Assembly (NCBI GenBank): GCA_965644495.1
Contig: CBFFSA010000012.1
Location: 62,001-126,000, forward strand
Length of the DNA stretch: 64,000 nucleotides
From: Perkinsela sp. CCAP 1560/9
Lineage: Eukaryota > Protista > Euglenozoa: Kinetoplastea
Reading direction: 5' to 3'
In this document: piece by piece, positions 44,502 through 55,506 of the stretch
Position numbering within the stretch: position 1 is the first letter of the stretch
How the letters are laid out: each line of letters opens with the position of its first letter
Made by a program: the position numbers and the translations under genes
Notes under the pieces: generated by a model
Seen by the model: the letters and a program-made list of their open reading frames with translations, nothing else
Database searches by the model: none
What the model was told of the DNA's origin: nothing

Positions 44502-45937
44502 GAGGGGTGACTCCTACCCAGGCGCTTCTAGGCGCTTCCAGTGAACTTCTATGGAGTTCGGACTTGGTAATTTGAGGACAAGCAACATAAACCCCCCTAT
44601 AGGGGGACATGGGGGGACACCTTTTTCTATTTTCTAAAAGATTGTCCAAGAAGGTGACAGATTGGGCCTCGGCTATCATTCGGGTGCGGTAGTAAGGCAT
44701 TTTGCACTGCGCCAGAAAGAGACGAACGGCTTAAATTGTTGTTGGTTTTGTTGGTAATAAGAGCGTCTGCAATACCCTCATGCAAGCGCCGAAAGTACCA
44801 CTCCGGCTCTCGCGCTCCGCCCGATTGCGGGGACGCAAGGCTCTTCTAGGTCGCTTCACCAATGTGTGTGTGATTCAAGCCATTTGGCTCCGAAGAACTG
44901 TGGCTTCCTACTTCACGTGTAGGTCGCGCTGCCGGTTCTCCACGCGAAGCGTGATCTTCTAACACGAGAGCGTCGAAACGCTCGATCATGTTGTTAGGTC
45001 CGGGCCGTTTGTCTCCGAAGAGATGTGGCCTCCTCACTTTCCGCGTAGGTAGCGGTGCTGGTGCTCCACGCGCGGAGTAAATCTACAGCGCGAGAGCCTA
45101 GGTTCAACCGCAGCATGTAGACACCCGACTTGCCTCCTGCGGGGAGTGCGGCCGGTGTCGCGGCGGGTGGCGCGGTGGGTGGCGTGGCGGGGAGCGCGGG
45201 TGGGGAGCTCAGCGGGGAGGGATGCGGGGAGCACGGCGGGGAGAGCGGCGGAAGCGCGGCGGGTAGCACGGTGGTGGTCAGAGGGAGGGGTGAGGGGGGT
45301 CATCGGGGAAAGAAAGAAAGAGTCCAACAGGGTACACCGACCGTCCAACAACAAGGATCCGATCAACAAGGTACAAAAAAGAAACGCTCGATCATACAGG
45401 TAGACACCGGACTTTCCTCACGGGCGGTCAGGCGGGCGGCGCATGGGTGAAGGAGGGTGCGAAGAGGGCGGGGCAGGGAGTCGAATTGAGTGGCCAGGAG
45501 GCTGGCCAAGAGTGAGGGCGAAGGCCCAGAGGGCAGGCGAGGAGGGCAGGCGAAGACGGCAGGCGAGGAGGGCAGCCAGGGGGCGCCGAGGAGAGCGGCG
45601 AAGAGCGATGAAGGCTCACCAGTGACGATGAACATTCCATAGTTAGCCTACCATGTCTCAAAAAGATATAAAACGGCTCCGTCGGTCCAAAATTGAAAAC
45701 AAAAATCAAAAAATGGAGAGTTCCCACACCTGGGGATGACCGCCCTGATACATTCTAAAATATTTATGTACTTGAAACCATAATAAAGTCTTGTAGGCTA
45801 AACATTTCCAACAACATGATCACCAGATCCTCTAACTGAAGCAAGAAAAGATTAAGAAAAATAAAAAAGAAATATTAAGACAAAGGTCCTTGGCGCTTCC
45901 AGGCGCTTCTAGGCGCTCCCAGGCGCTCCCACCCCTC
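44502..45937. mobile_element. TAA-TSD element (PIF/Harbinger- or Zator-like, non-autonomous)
   Basis: TAA|GAGGGGTG...CACCCCTC|TAA; the empty site is visible in family B copy 2. Confidence 0.8.
44990..45380 (-). mobile_element. GC-rich retroposed insert with SL relics and a 15-bp TSD
   Basis: GAAACGCTCGATCAT at 44975-44989 and 45381-45395; the minus-strand 5' end reads TGTACCTTGTTG. Confidence 0.65.
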
Positions 45938-46143
45938 TAACTGTGCACAACTCTTAAAAATTTTACTACTGATTTTTTAAGAAAAGATTTTGAAAATTTT
46001 CTCTGTAAACTAGTATGCTACTTATCCTCTCGTGACCCAGAGGTTTCGTCACAAAAGAGGATAAGTAGCGTACTAGGATATCTAAGGGGGGGAACGGTAA
46101 TAAGATCGTTTTTATTTTTTTTGAAAAAGTGTGCAAACTTCGT

Positions 46144-46860
46144 TCAATTCCACCAAAATACAAATAAAATCTCTGGAGAAACATTTTCTACAGTCAGAGA
46201 ATTTGATAGGAAAAAACAGGAAAAAACCGAAATTTGATTCAGTTTCACCGAAGTGTCTAACAAACGTTCAATTAGAGTAATCGTTTCACTTTCATACCCG
46301 CTTGAGAATTCATTGTCGCCAATCTCCATGTTGTGGGCGCTGCGTTGCCCAACAATGAACTCAGAATCTGGTTCTTCATCGCTTGACATTTCAACTTCTT
46401 TCAAATCCAAATCTTTCGCTTCCTTCAGGGCTATCAGGAGTGCTTGAAGTCGGAGTTGCCAGGATGGTTTCTTAAACCACAAGGTGTACAGTGAAATTGT
46501 TTCTTCCGCTTCTTCGGGTAACATTGAGAGTCGACCCTGCCTGCGTATTGCTCGTTTTATTGCCGAATGACAACTTTCCGCATTATTTGTATGAATCCCA
46601 TCCTCAGTAACGAACCGGTATCTGCCTTTTCTACTGTGGTTTACGGTTTTATGGTTCAGGTAGTCACTCAATCCTTTGTAGGCTTTGAGGCAGTCTGTCA
46701 TGACTAAGCTTCTTTTACTGTCTACAGTATGCTTTTTTACGATGCCCTGTAAGGTTTCTTTTTTCTTATTATTGATCCGTTTCCAGAGGGTAGATATACA
46801 TTTTCCATCTCTGCTGATTCCTGTCACTGCTGCCATCCAGAAAGAGTCACGATATTTATT
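46144..46860 (-). pseudogene. Merlin/IS1595 (ISXO2-like) DDE transposase, N-terminus degraded
   Basis: VMTDCLKAYKGL, HKTVNHS, FVTEDGIHTNNAES. Confidence 0.85.
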
Positions 46861-47488
46861 GGAACTTCAGTGATAGGAGAAAAATAGCCCCTCTCGTTCA
46901 TCCTGGAAGGTGAGTCTGATTCCAAGTCCAGAAACAAAAGAAATCTAGCGAATCGTTACCGGAACGACGACTGCGCACTTTCAGCGCAACGGCCGACGCA
47001 CGGATTTGCACTGCTGTGTTCGAAAAGATGCACTTTATGCCCAGAAGAATCTTATGGCTACTGGACCGTTTCGAAGGACATCGGCATCTTACATTCCCAA
47101 TACTTGGATAGGGAAAAAAATTCACTCCAATCTAGACCCGAATACCCCTCTTCAGCAGCACGTCTCCATTGACGCGGACAACTTTGTAAATGAAGATGGC
47201 GAAGCCCAAGAAGAAGAACTCTCTCTGGAAACAGAGAGTGAGTACAGTGAAGACGTAGACGAAGAAGAAGTTTTTAACTTCATCGGAAGTATGTTAATCA
47301 CCACACACTAATATTTAGTACAAAGAGGAACAGAAGCAGTATGGAACTTTTTTGGCTATTCTCATTTTTGTTGTTCAAATGGAGTTGCACGTTGATATGG
47401 TGATTCAGAGACGCATTCTCATTTTTAAAATTGCATTCTCATTTTTCCTAGTTATATGTTGACAGCCAATTTTAGTGATTCTCAGAAT

Positions 47489-48423
47489 CAGAGGTCCCTA
47501 AAACTATTTATAGATAGTTTATAGTGTTTCAAGAAAATTTATAGTACTATAAACCTCGTTTATAGTACTATAAACACTATACATATGTACATACTATGTA
47601 TATGGCTATAAAAACTATATGGTGTTTATCAGTGTTTCATGTCCAGAAAGGCGCGCGGTAGACAGATCGGTCGATGGACCTGGAGGAATTTCGCTAGGCA
47701 GGAGAGAGCCGATGGAGGTGTAGAGGCTTAGAGGGGTCACGATGTCAGGTGGAGCAAGTGGTGTGGATACGCTGACGCGTAGAAAAAAGTGAAAAGAGTT
47801 TTAGTTTTTGTGCAGAAATGGAAAAAGACGGGATCCTATGGCTCACAATAAGTTCTTCCCATAATGCTCCTTCCTTGTACCGTGAAAACCGCGTTACAGT
47901 TGTCCTTCAACGAGTTCCAGTTAGATCACTCGTTGGATCCTAGACGTGGCGTATTCAATGGCAAGATAAAACACAAAAACACACCGCAGAGCCTGCAAGA
48001 TTTAATATCTGCAAAATTCATAATCTTTTGAAGAAATTTGAAGATTCACTTACCCGCTATTTCACATTTACACATTATACTTCGGCAGGAAAGGCGGCCT
48101 AAGAAGACAAGGCGTCTGGACTGGAACATATCTGAAATTAAAGTAGGTCGAGTTCCCCATCGACTTCAACGAAGTGTGAAAAAACGATTTGAGCTTGACC
48201 ACGACGCTTGTTGGGCATAATGATGAGAAAAATAGTGAGAAATCTTTCAAGAAAACGGGAGTGATAAAAATTAATTGCGTCGAGTCGGCATTTCAAGCAA
48301 TACTTTCAGAAAAAACTTACTAAAAAAAATTGTAAAAAAAAATTGTTTTTATTTATAGTGTTTCAAAGTTTATAGTACTATAATAGTACTATAAAATAGT
48401 TTTCGTACTTTTACGGACCTCTG
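47489..48423. mobile_element. hAT-type MITE with 8-bp TSD CTCAGAAT
   Basis: CTCAGAAT|CAGAGGTCCCTAAAA...TTTTACGGACCTCTG|CTCAGAAT; TATAGTACTATA subterminal repeats. Confidence 0.88.
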
Positions 48424-48467
48424 CTCAGAATTGTGACTTTTACTGTATAGTATACAGTAGAGATGTA

Positions 48468-50870
48468 CCGTTACCCCCCCCCTTAGATATCCTAGTACGC
48501 TACTTATCCTCTTTTGTGATGAAACCTCTGGGTCACGAGAGGATAAGTAGCATACTAGTTTACAGAGAAAATTTTCAGAATCTTTTCTTAAAAAATCAGT
48601 AGTAAAATTTTTAAGAGTTGTGCACAGTTATATTCAGAATATAATTCTCGGTGTTCTGAGAACAATGAGAATCATGATTCGTAGATAGGAAGCAAACGTT
48701 TGTCAGTGAGTACGGCGTTCATTTTCGACGAAAGATACAGTGCTCGCAAAAATTAGTAAAACTTTTATTGTAAAATAATAAAAAAAGTTTTACTAATTAA
48801 AAATTTACTAATTTTTGCACTGCCCTCAAAAAATTTGCCAACTTGATAAAATTAATTTTTGCAGAAACGGTATTTCTGTCGTTTGAGTAGGTTGTCTATC
48901 TGCAAAATGTAAGTCTGAGTAAATATCATCTGCAAAATGATAGTTCCAGGGAAGACCGCGATGAGGTCCCGACCATGCTTCCCCATGCTGAGTTGACAAA
49001 CTCAGCACAACTTGTCAGGCTTCAGTGAAGCATATTTTTCAGAAACGGTGTCTTTACTTCGCGAAGAAAATGGAGAGTATGTAGACGGTACCTATAGATC
49101 GCTGTAGGTCGCTGGCAGTTTCTGGCGGGAACTCGCGGACTCTGACAGTTTCTGGCGGACTCTGACAGTTTCTGTAGGTATTTTTTTAGAGTGGAGAGCT
49201 AGAGGGGGTGTACTAGACTAAATAAGGGAACCGCGGTGGGTACGCAGGAACCGCGGTGTATGTATATTGTGTACAATACATAAGTCATATATTGTGACTG
49301 GTGATGAGGCTTCGGTGTGTCGGGAGCCCACAAGTGAAATAACCTAGGAAATCCGTGGCACAAAGAGGGTGAAAGTTAAGACATGAAAGAAAAGGCCATG
49401 GTAACATCTTGGTTTTGGACAATGCCTGTGCTTTTTCCCGGTTCCTCCCAGAACAACGTACTTGGGAACATCGTTTGTTTCCACTGCACCTGTTGTGGAG
49501 CGCTCAGTCTTGTCGAGGTCGAGTTGCACGGGAAACGAAGGCAGCATCAGATCTGTACTGTTGCACTTCAACCGTTACAGGATCAGGCTGGATAACAGGA
49601 GATTCCTTTTTTCAATGAATGATAGAGGATGTTTTTTGACACGAGCAAGTATCCCCCCGGCAAGACTTTATTCGTGCTAGACTTGTACGCAAGTCACCCA
49701 ACCGAAGTATCCCTATCCCTTTTTCTTGATTTTGATGCCTCACTTGGACAGCGTGCAACTCCGTCCAAAAGAACACATCGGCGAATGCTTTCGGCGCGAT
49801 TGTATCATGCTAAAAATAACTTCTGGCGCAAATGTCGCGCGAACTTCTTCTAGTACGCTACTTATCCTAGTATGCTACTTATCCTAGTACGTTACTTAGC
49901 CTCAAACTGCCCATTTCGGAGACGGAATGCGGGATATCTAAGAGGGCTGAAACCAGTAAAATGCAAACTCAGGCAAACCCAGTCAGGTCCCAAGAGAAAT
50001 CAATGGCGAAGGTACTTGGCGTTTTCCCGGCTATGGAGTTCGCTGGAGAATCCGGGAGGGTCTAGGGGACTCCAAGGGGATATACGTATGGAGGGTATAG
50101 GGGGGGGGCGAAGCCGGGTCCAGGTTGGAGGTGAAGGAGGGTGCAGGGAGTGTGTAGGGAGCGAATACCCTGTAATGGGGTGTCTCCCCTGAGATAAGTG
50201 AGTGGAAACATTCATTCATCTTGCCACTGGAAGGTGGCCACCTCACTCGATCAAGAAAAGCTCGCCGGTTGAAAACCGGGTGGTGGTCGAGGCGGCTGTG
50301 GCAAAGATTTCTCCATCAAATAAGAAAAAAGAACAAAGGTATTTGCTAGGACCGAGATCTATCAAATACAATGAAAACAAGCTAAAGTCCGAGAGCAAAT
50401 ATTTTGACAAAGCATAAAACGACAAAAAAAGCGAGAAAAAATGATGTGTTTCAGAAAAATAACCCCCCAAAAAACCAAGTATTTTGGACCCAGGGGAAGC
50501 CAGGGGGTCCCTGCATAAACAAGGCGGCAAAACTTTTGACCAGGGGAACGAGATCTATCCAATGCTGCAAACATGAGAAAAAACAGATAAAAAAATCAAA
50601 TTTCCGCAAGGGGGAAGATATATTGAAACCACTGTACAATATAGAAAATTAGGGTGAAAGTAAAGGAAAACTCGTTTTTTTATGACTTTTTAGCTTGATG
50701 TTTTTCTTTTCAACAAAAAGACATTATCTACATAGAGGGTCATTTTACACCCTTTTTCCGTTATTTTCCATGGTATGCCAGGGGTATCGGGGGTTTGCTT
50801 GTCGCAAACCCAGACAAACCTAGGCAAACTCAGGTGGTTTCAGCCCTCTAAGGGGGGGGGGGGGTAACGG
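48468..50870. mobile_element. Family B copy 2 (inverted relative to copy 1)
   Basis: Reverse complement of 43172-44501 plus 45941-46097; TA flanks. Confidence 0.85.
49942..50848. mobile_element. TAA-TSD MITE with GAGGGCTGAAACCA TIRs
   Basis: TAA|GAGGGCTGAAACCA...TGGTTTCAGCCCTC|TAA, splitting the family B terminus. Confidence 0.88.
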
Positions 50871-51490
50871 TATTATTATGTTTTGCTGCTGTTTCTTGCA
50901 AAAGATATAGTTTAGAATCTTTGCTAGTATCTTTGACGTTTTTACGTTCTCAGGTACGGGTAAAATCATGGTCAATCACTTTGATGGTGGGTTTTGTTGT
51001 GAGTGTCTTGAAATGAACTGTGTCACACGTCTTCCGTTTATTGAGGTTAAGTGAGGTTAGGCCCGCTGGTACGAGTTTTGTTGGATGTGGCATTGTTTTG
51101 TGCGGAAATCGTTCCAGATCGCACTTCCGCTTCTCGTCCCCGGAATTATAGAACTTACCTGAATTTGGACAGACGGCGCTCGTCACAATATTCGTCTTGC
51201 GGAGAACTACAAGTGGGAAAGCGTGAACCACCGTCGACTGTGCGTCACTGAGGAAAGCATACGCACAAACGCTGTGGAGTACACGTAAAGAAGCGCTTGA
51301 AGCGTGAAGGTGGCGTGTAGGGCCGGAAAGCCGCCCGGAGAGAAGATCGGGTGCAGGCCTACGCAGAGCAGGCAAGCGGAAGCTTGAAGTGTAATGGGGG
51401 GGATGCATTGCTGCGCGTGCTTGAAAATTTAACTTGACAGAGCATTGCATTTGCGTGTATGTATAGTGTCCGCATTTTAAGCCTAAGTTG

Positions 51491-51850
51491 TCAGTTTATT
51501 GCTTCTGGGGCTAGGAAACCTTTTTTGCAGTAAACATACTTCGACCCATGTGAAATAAACAACCCCATCTCATCAACGTTCCATACTCGAACTTCACCGT
51601 ACGCCTCGGCGTGAAATGCACTTTCTGAACAAAACTTAATACTTCTGTATCCCAACTTAATACTTCTATATCCCTTAATACTTCTGTATATACTTTTTCC
51701 TTCAAGTTTACTTCCCGTGATACTGAGGACGTAGGACTGTGGTTGTTGGGTGAACTGTTTCTTGTCATCCATCGAGGAAAATACACAAGCTTCGAGCGTT
51801 AGCTGATTCTTACGGCGCGCAACCCCGGCATGTTTTCTCTTCGGCATAGT
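51491..51850 (-). pseudogene. pogo/Tigger-like transposase remnant
   Basis: VWNVDEMG resembles the IWNxDETG first-D motif. Confidence 0.5.
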
Positions 51851-52162
51851 AGCAGAATTAATAATTTTTTCCTTTACTGCCCCCCCCATTTACTATTGAG
51901 TGCTCAACTCCCCTATTTAGTGTTGAATTTTGGGTTCGGTGCGTATAGGCGCCGCGAAGCGGTGCTTAATTTGTTTCCCAAAAACGTTTTTTATCTTTGC
52001 TTGTTGCGATAGGCTCGTAAGTCCCCATCCTTGCATCGAGTACAATAGTTCACTTGTGGCGCTCTGCGCCATATTCAATCATTTGCGAATGTGCCTAGTT
52101 ACGAATTTCTGAAGTCTCAGGATGAAGTTCATGGTTAGGCCAGGATTCGGTGTAAACACATA

Positions 52163-52923
52163 CAGGGGTGAAAACTTCCATCTGGGGAGGGTCTAAAATT
52201 TGCAAAAACTTTTCAATTTCGGAAAATAATACCGCATTCGAGAGCTCTCGCAGATTTGTATGTCTTTGCACTGGTAGCTTTTGACATATCAAATTAGAAC
52301 TCCAAATAGCGAATAGGCCAAAAAAGCAAATTGTCACTTAAAGAAATAATAAAAATATCAGATATTTTTAGGAAACATTATTTTAAAACCCATGTAGCAT
52401 CCACAATATGCACCCTTCTTTTCTACGATGATTCTACAACGTTTTCTGAAGTTTTTTAACATATTTTCAAACTTATCTTAGTCTTTTGTCTGAAGTTTAT
52501 CGTAAAAAACATGAATCGTTCCACCCAGAGTTTCACAGTTCCCTAGTGGACCCAAACACTTTGATACACTTTGTAAGTCCGGGAAGAAGACTGTTTTTTC
52601 TCGAAGTCGGCCACAAGAAGTAATCTTTAGTGTACTTTAATCTTCCCTGGCTAAGCATAAGAACGGGCGTTCGAAACACCATGAGAATTCCTTGAGCGAA
52701 CTCGCTTTTGGGGCGTAAAATGGGGCAAAAATGAAAAATTGCCATATTTTCACAAGAAAAAAAACATGTTTTTTTCTCATCGGATTAAATCTTTCAAACC
52801 GAGCGTTCCGAATACGCCAAAGACATACAACTCTGCGAGATCTCTCCAATGCGCTATTATTTTCCAAAATTGGACAATTTTTACAAAATTTAGCCCCCCC
52901 ACAGATGGAAGTTTTCACCCCTA
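52163..52923. mobile_element. MITE with ~105-bp imperfect TIRs
   Basis: AGGGGTGAAAACTTCCATCTG...CAGATGGAAGTTTTCACCCCT, TA-like flanks. Confidence 0.8.
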
Positions 52924-53052
52924 TATAAGTATATTAGTCGCGAGGTTGTTCGATATTCATGCAGTTTAACTGCAGAGATTGATACCTAGAAGATGCATGA
53001 CTAGCACGCAATCCTCGCACAAAACGAGTTTCTCCTAGGTTTTTAAAACTCT

Positions 53053-55506
53053 TCACCAGCACGTGCCCTCACTCCACTGCTCAATGTCGCGATTATTAAA
53101 ATTTTTGAAACTGCCACTAAGGGCTCTTGTTGCCATATGCTGACGACATCGCGAGGCGGTGGCCTTGTTTCCACCAAAAAGGGAGTTCAGTGCTCGAGTT
53201 GAGCTGTTGAGCTTTCCCCTGGCACCTACTTCAATGGCCAGGAGAAAAGTGGCTGGGTTCGACATTTTCCGCTGTAGATACATATGTCCATACTTCTGCA
53301 TCTTCCGTTCGTGTGAGGAGATAAAGTTTTCCTCCCACGGAGATGTCAGTTCGAGTATGAACTCAGAACCGTTCTTAAGTTGGACCCATCCATCAGGTCG
53401 GAGGGACGATTCTTGCCCGCTCAGCCAGGTTGGCGGATTCTGATGGTGAGCGAGGTCAAAGTGATACTGTGCGGTTTCGGGGGATTGTCGAATAGCATCT
53501 GCAAGGGCGTGTAGAATGAGGTTGTGTCGGAAGGTATACCGCCCCTGTTGCAGGGCGGCCTTGCAGCCTGTTAGAACGTGGCGCACAGTTTGTACGTCTT
53601 CTGTGCAAATGGGGCATTTACGGTTCGTGTGGGAACTGAGGCTCCAGCGGTGTAAGGCGGATCGGGTCGGAAGCGGGGTCTGTGTCAGAACAGATGAAGC
53701 AAATCTGGAGAGCGACGTACTTTTAATATTGCACAGAGCAGCAGCGAAGTCTTTCGCGAGGTCGTCTTCTGTAGCCATGCGAAACCACTGCCCCGCGATT
53801 GGTGCTCGACGCTGCACAGCTTCTGAGAGATGTCTTTCGTATTCATGTTCAATGTACTGCCGTGTCGATGCGTGATTTCCACTGCGGTCGTACAACTCGA
53901 CGACTGGTCGCACTTGTCCGGAAGAACGTTTGTCGTGTTCACGACGGATGCGATATCTCAGCGCTTGTTGCACTGCTGGATCACGAGATTTTTTCATCTG
54001 TTGAACTGCTGTGCCTGTGCAGAGTAACCAAAGCTTAGACAGGCTGGTGAGAGCCCAGCCGCGTTCAGAGTACAGAACTTCGCTCGTAGCTGTTTTGGCC
54101 ATGTTTATCCATTTTCGAATGTGTCTCGTCGCATATTTTTGTAGTCGAAGGATAAAGTTTAGTGTGATTCCTGGATTGACCGTGAGCACATATCGCAGGC
54201 GAGATATGATTACGTTATTATAGGCCCAGAGACGAGCGGGGGTATCTAGGGCACTATTGGATACATTGTTCAACCAAAATCGTAGCTGCTTTAGGAGACT
54301 TTTGAACAGCACCTTCCCTTGTTGGGCCCCCGGCGCGAGTGTCATACCTAGGAACTGACTTCCTTTGTCGCAAACGTTGGGAATACTCTCACCGTATGCC
54401 AAGATACGGGGTCTGTGGGTCTTATATCCGCCTTCTGCTACAGACATGTGTTGGAGACGACATTTCGGTACGTTAAGGAGCATGCCTAACCTGGAAAGCA
54501 TGTTCACCAGGGCGTTCGTCACGTGTTGCATTTCTTCAGCCGAGTTCGTGATGATAGCCAGATCGTCTGCAAAGGCTTTTAAGAACGACTCTTGGTTGCC
54601 CCATTTAATACCATAGCTAGGGAAGCTCGATCGGAGATATCGTAGAACCACTTCCATCGCGAGATTGAATAGTACGGGGGATAGTGTGTCGCCCTGGAGG
54701 ACACCTCGTTTGACGGGGATGTGTTTGGTCAGCCCTTCCGAACATTTGATCCGGATAGTCGCATCATGGTATAGGGAGCGGATGTACGCGATGATTTGAG
54801 GTGATACCTTTGCCCACGTTAGGACTTGAAAGAGAATGGAGTGTGGGAGAGAACCAAACGCGTTCTTTAAGTCAAATTGACCAAGGCAGTATTGTCGTTT
54901 ATGCTGTCGTTGAAAGTCCAATAGTTCACAGAGTGACTGGGTATGCTCGATAGTTCCATTTACGTTTGGCAAAAATCCTTTTTGTATGGTTGTGTCAATT
55001 ATTCCTGTCGTCACAGCATGGCTCAAGATTCTGTGGCCAATAATGGAGTGGAGTAACTTACCAAGGCAGCTCGTAAGACTGATGGGTCTCCAGTTGGACA
55101 ATTGGTTGGGAGCTCCGCCTTTGTGAATGAGTCGGGTGGCGGCCTGTTTCCAATAGGGAGGGCTGACCGAATGCTTTAGTACGTCATTGAAGACTTGCGC
55201 GATGAACGGGTAGAGCTCTTCGCAGCGTCGAAGAAATGCGTTTCCTACGTTATCGGAGCCTGGGGCAGCCGAGGGGCGTTTCGAGGAGATTGCCACTGCT
55301 ATGGTTGGTACGTCGATTGCTTCCCATTCCATTGCATTCTCTAGATCCAGGCCAAGGAGGTTTGTTGGAGGTAGACTATGATCTTCCGTGTCTGTGCTTA
55401 ACGATTCTTGGAAAAATGTTTCGATAGCTGCTTGCGAGCAGTCTGGAAAGGTTGCCGGCTGATTTACCAGTTGCTCGTTCTTGTCAAGACACTCTCCGGC
55501 TGCTGT
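53053..55506 (-). CDS. Reverse transcriptase plus CCHC knuckle plus restriction-like endonuclease
   Basis: APGSD, WRPISL, QKGF, DLKNAFGS, GVLQGDTLSP, FADD, FLG; CPIC...H....C; RYTFRHN; RPDG...ELTSPWE...KMQKY. Confidence 0.93.
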   Translation of the reverse strand, partial: TAAGECLDKNEQLVNQPATFPDCSQAAIETFFQESLSTDTEDHSLPPTNLLGLDLENAMEWEAIDVPTIAVAISSKRPSAAPGSDNVGNAFLRRCEELYPFIAQVFNDVLKHSVSPPYWKQAATRLIHKGGAPNQLSNWRPISLTSCLGKLLHSIIGHRILSHAVTTGIIDTTIQKGFLPNVNGTIEHTQSLCELLDFQRQHKRQYCLGQFDLKNAFGSLPHSILFQVLTWAKVSPQIIAYIRSLYHDATIRIKCSEGLTKHIPVKRGVLQGDTLSPVLFNLAMEVVLRYLRSSFPSYGIKWGNQESFLKAFADDLAIITNSAEEMQHVTNALVNMLSRLGMLLNVPKCRLQHMSVAEGGYKTHRPRILAYGESIPNVCDKGSQFLGMTLAPGAQQGKVLFKSLLKQLRFWLNNVSNSALDTPARLWAYNNVIISRLRYVLTVNPGITLNFILRLQKYATRHIRKWINMAKTATSEVLYSERGWALTSLSKLWLLCTGTAVQQMKKSRDPAVQQALRYRIRREHDKRSSGQVRPVVELYDRSGNHASTRQYIEHEYERHLSEAVQRRAPIAGQWFRMATEDDLAKDFAAALCNIKSTSLSRFASSVLTQTPLPTRSALHRWSLSSHTNRKCPICTEDVQTVRHVLTGCKAALQQGRYTFRHNLILHALADAIRQSPETAQYHFDLAHHQNPPTWLSGQESSLRPDGWVQLKNGSEFILELTSPWEENFISSHERKMQKYGHMYLQRKMSNPATFLLAIEVGARGKLNSSTRALNSLFGGNKATASRCRQHMATRALSGSFKNFNNRDIEQWSEGTCW

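Larger units (their letters stand above)
43172..46097. mobile_element. Non-autonomous TA-flanked element, family B copy 1 (about 1.5 kb plus a nested insert)
   Basis: TA|CCGTTACCCCCC..TTAGATATCC...GGATATCTAAGGGGGGGAACGG|TA; near-identical inverted copy at 48468-50870. Confidence 0.85.
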
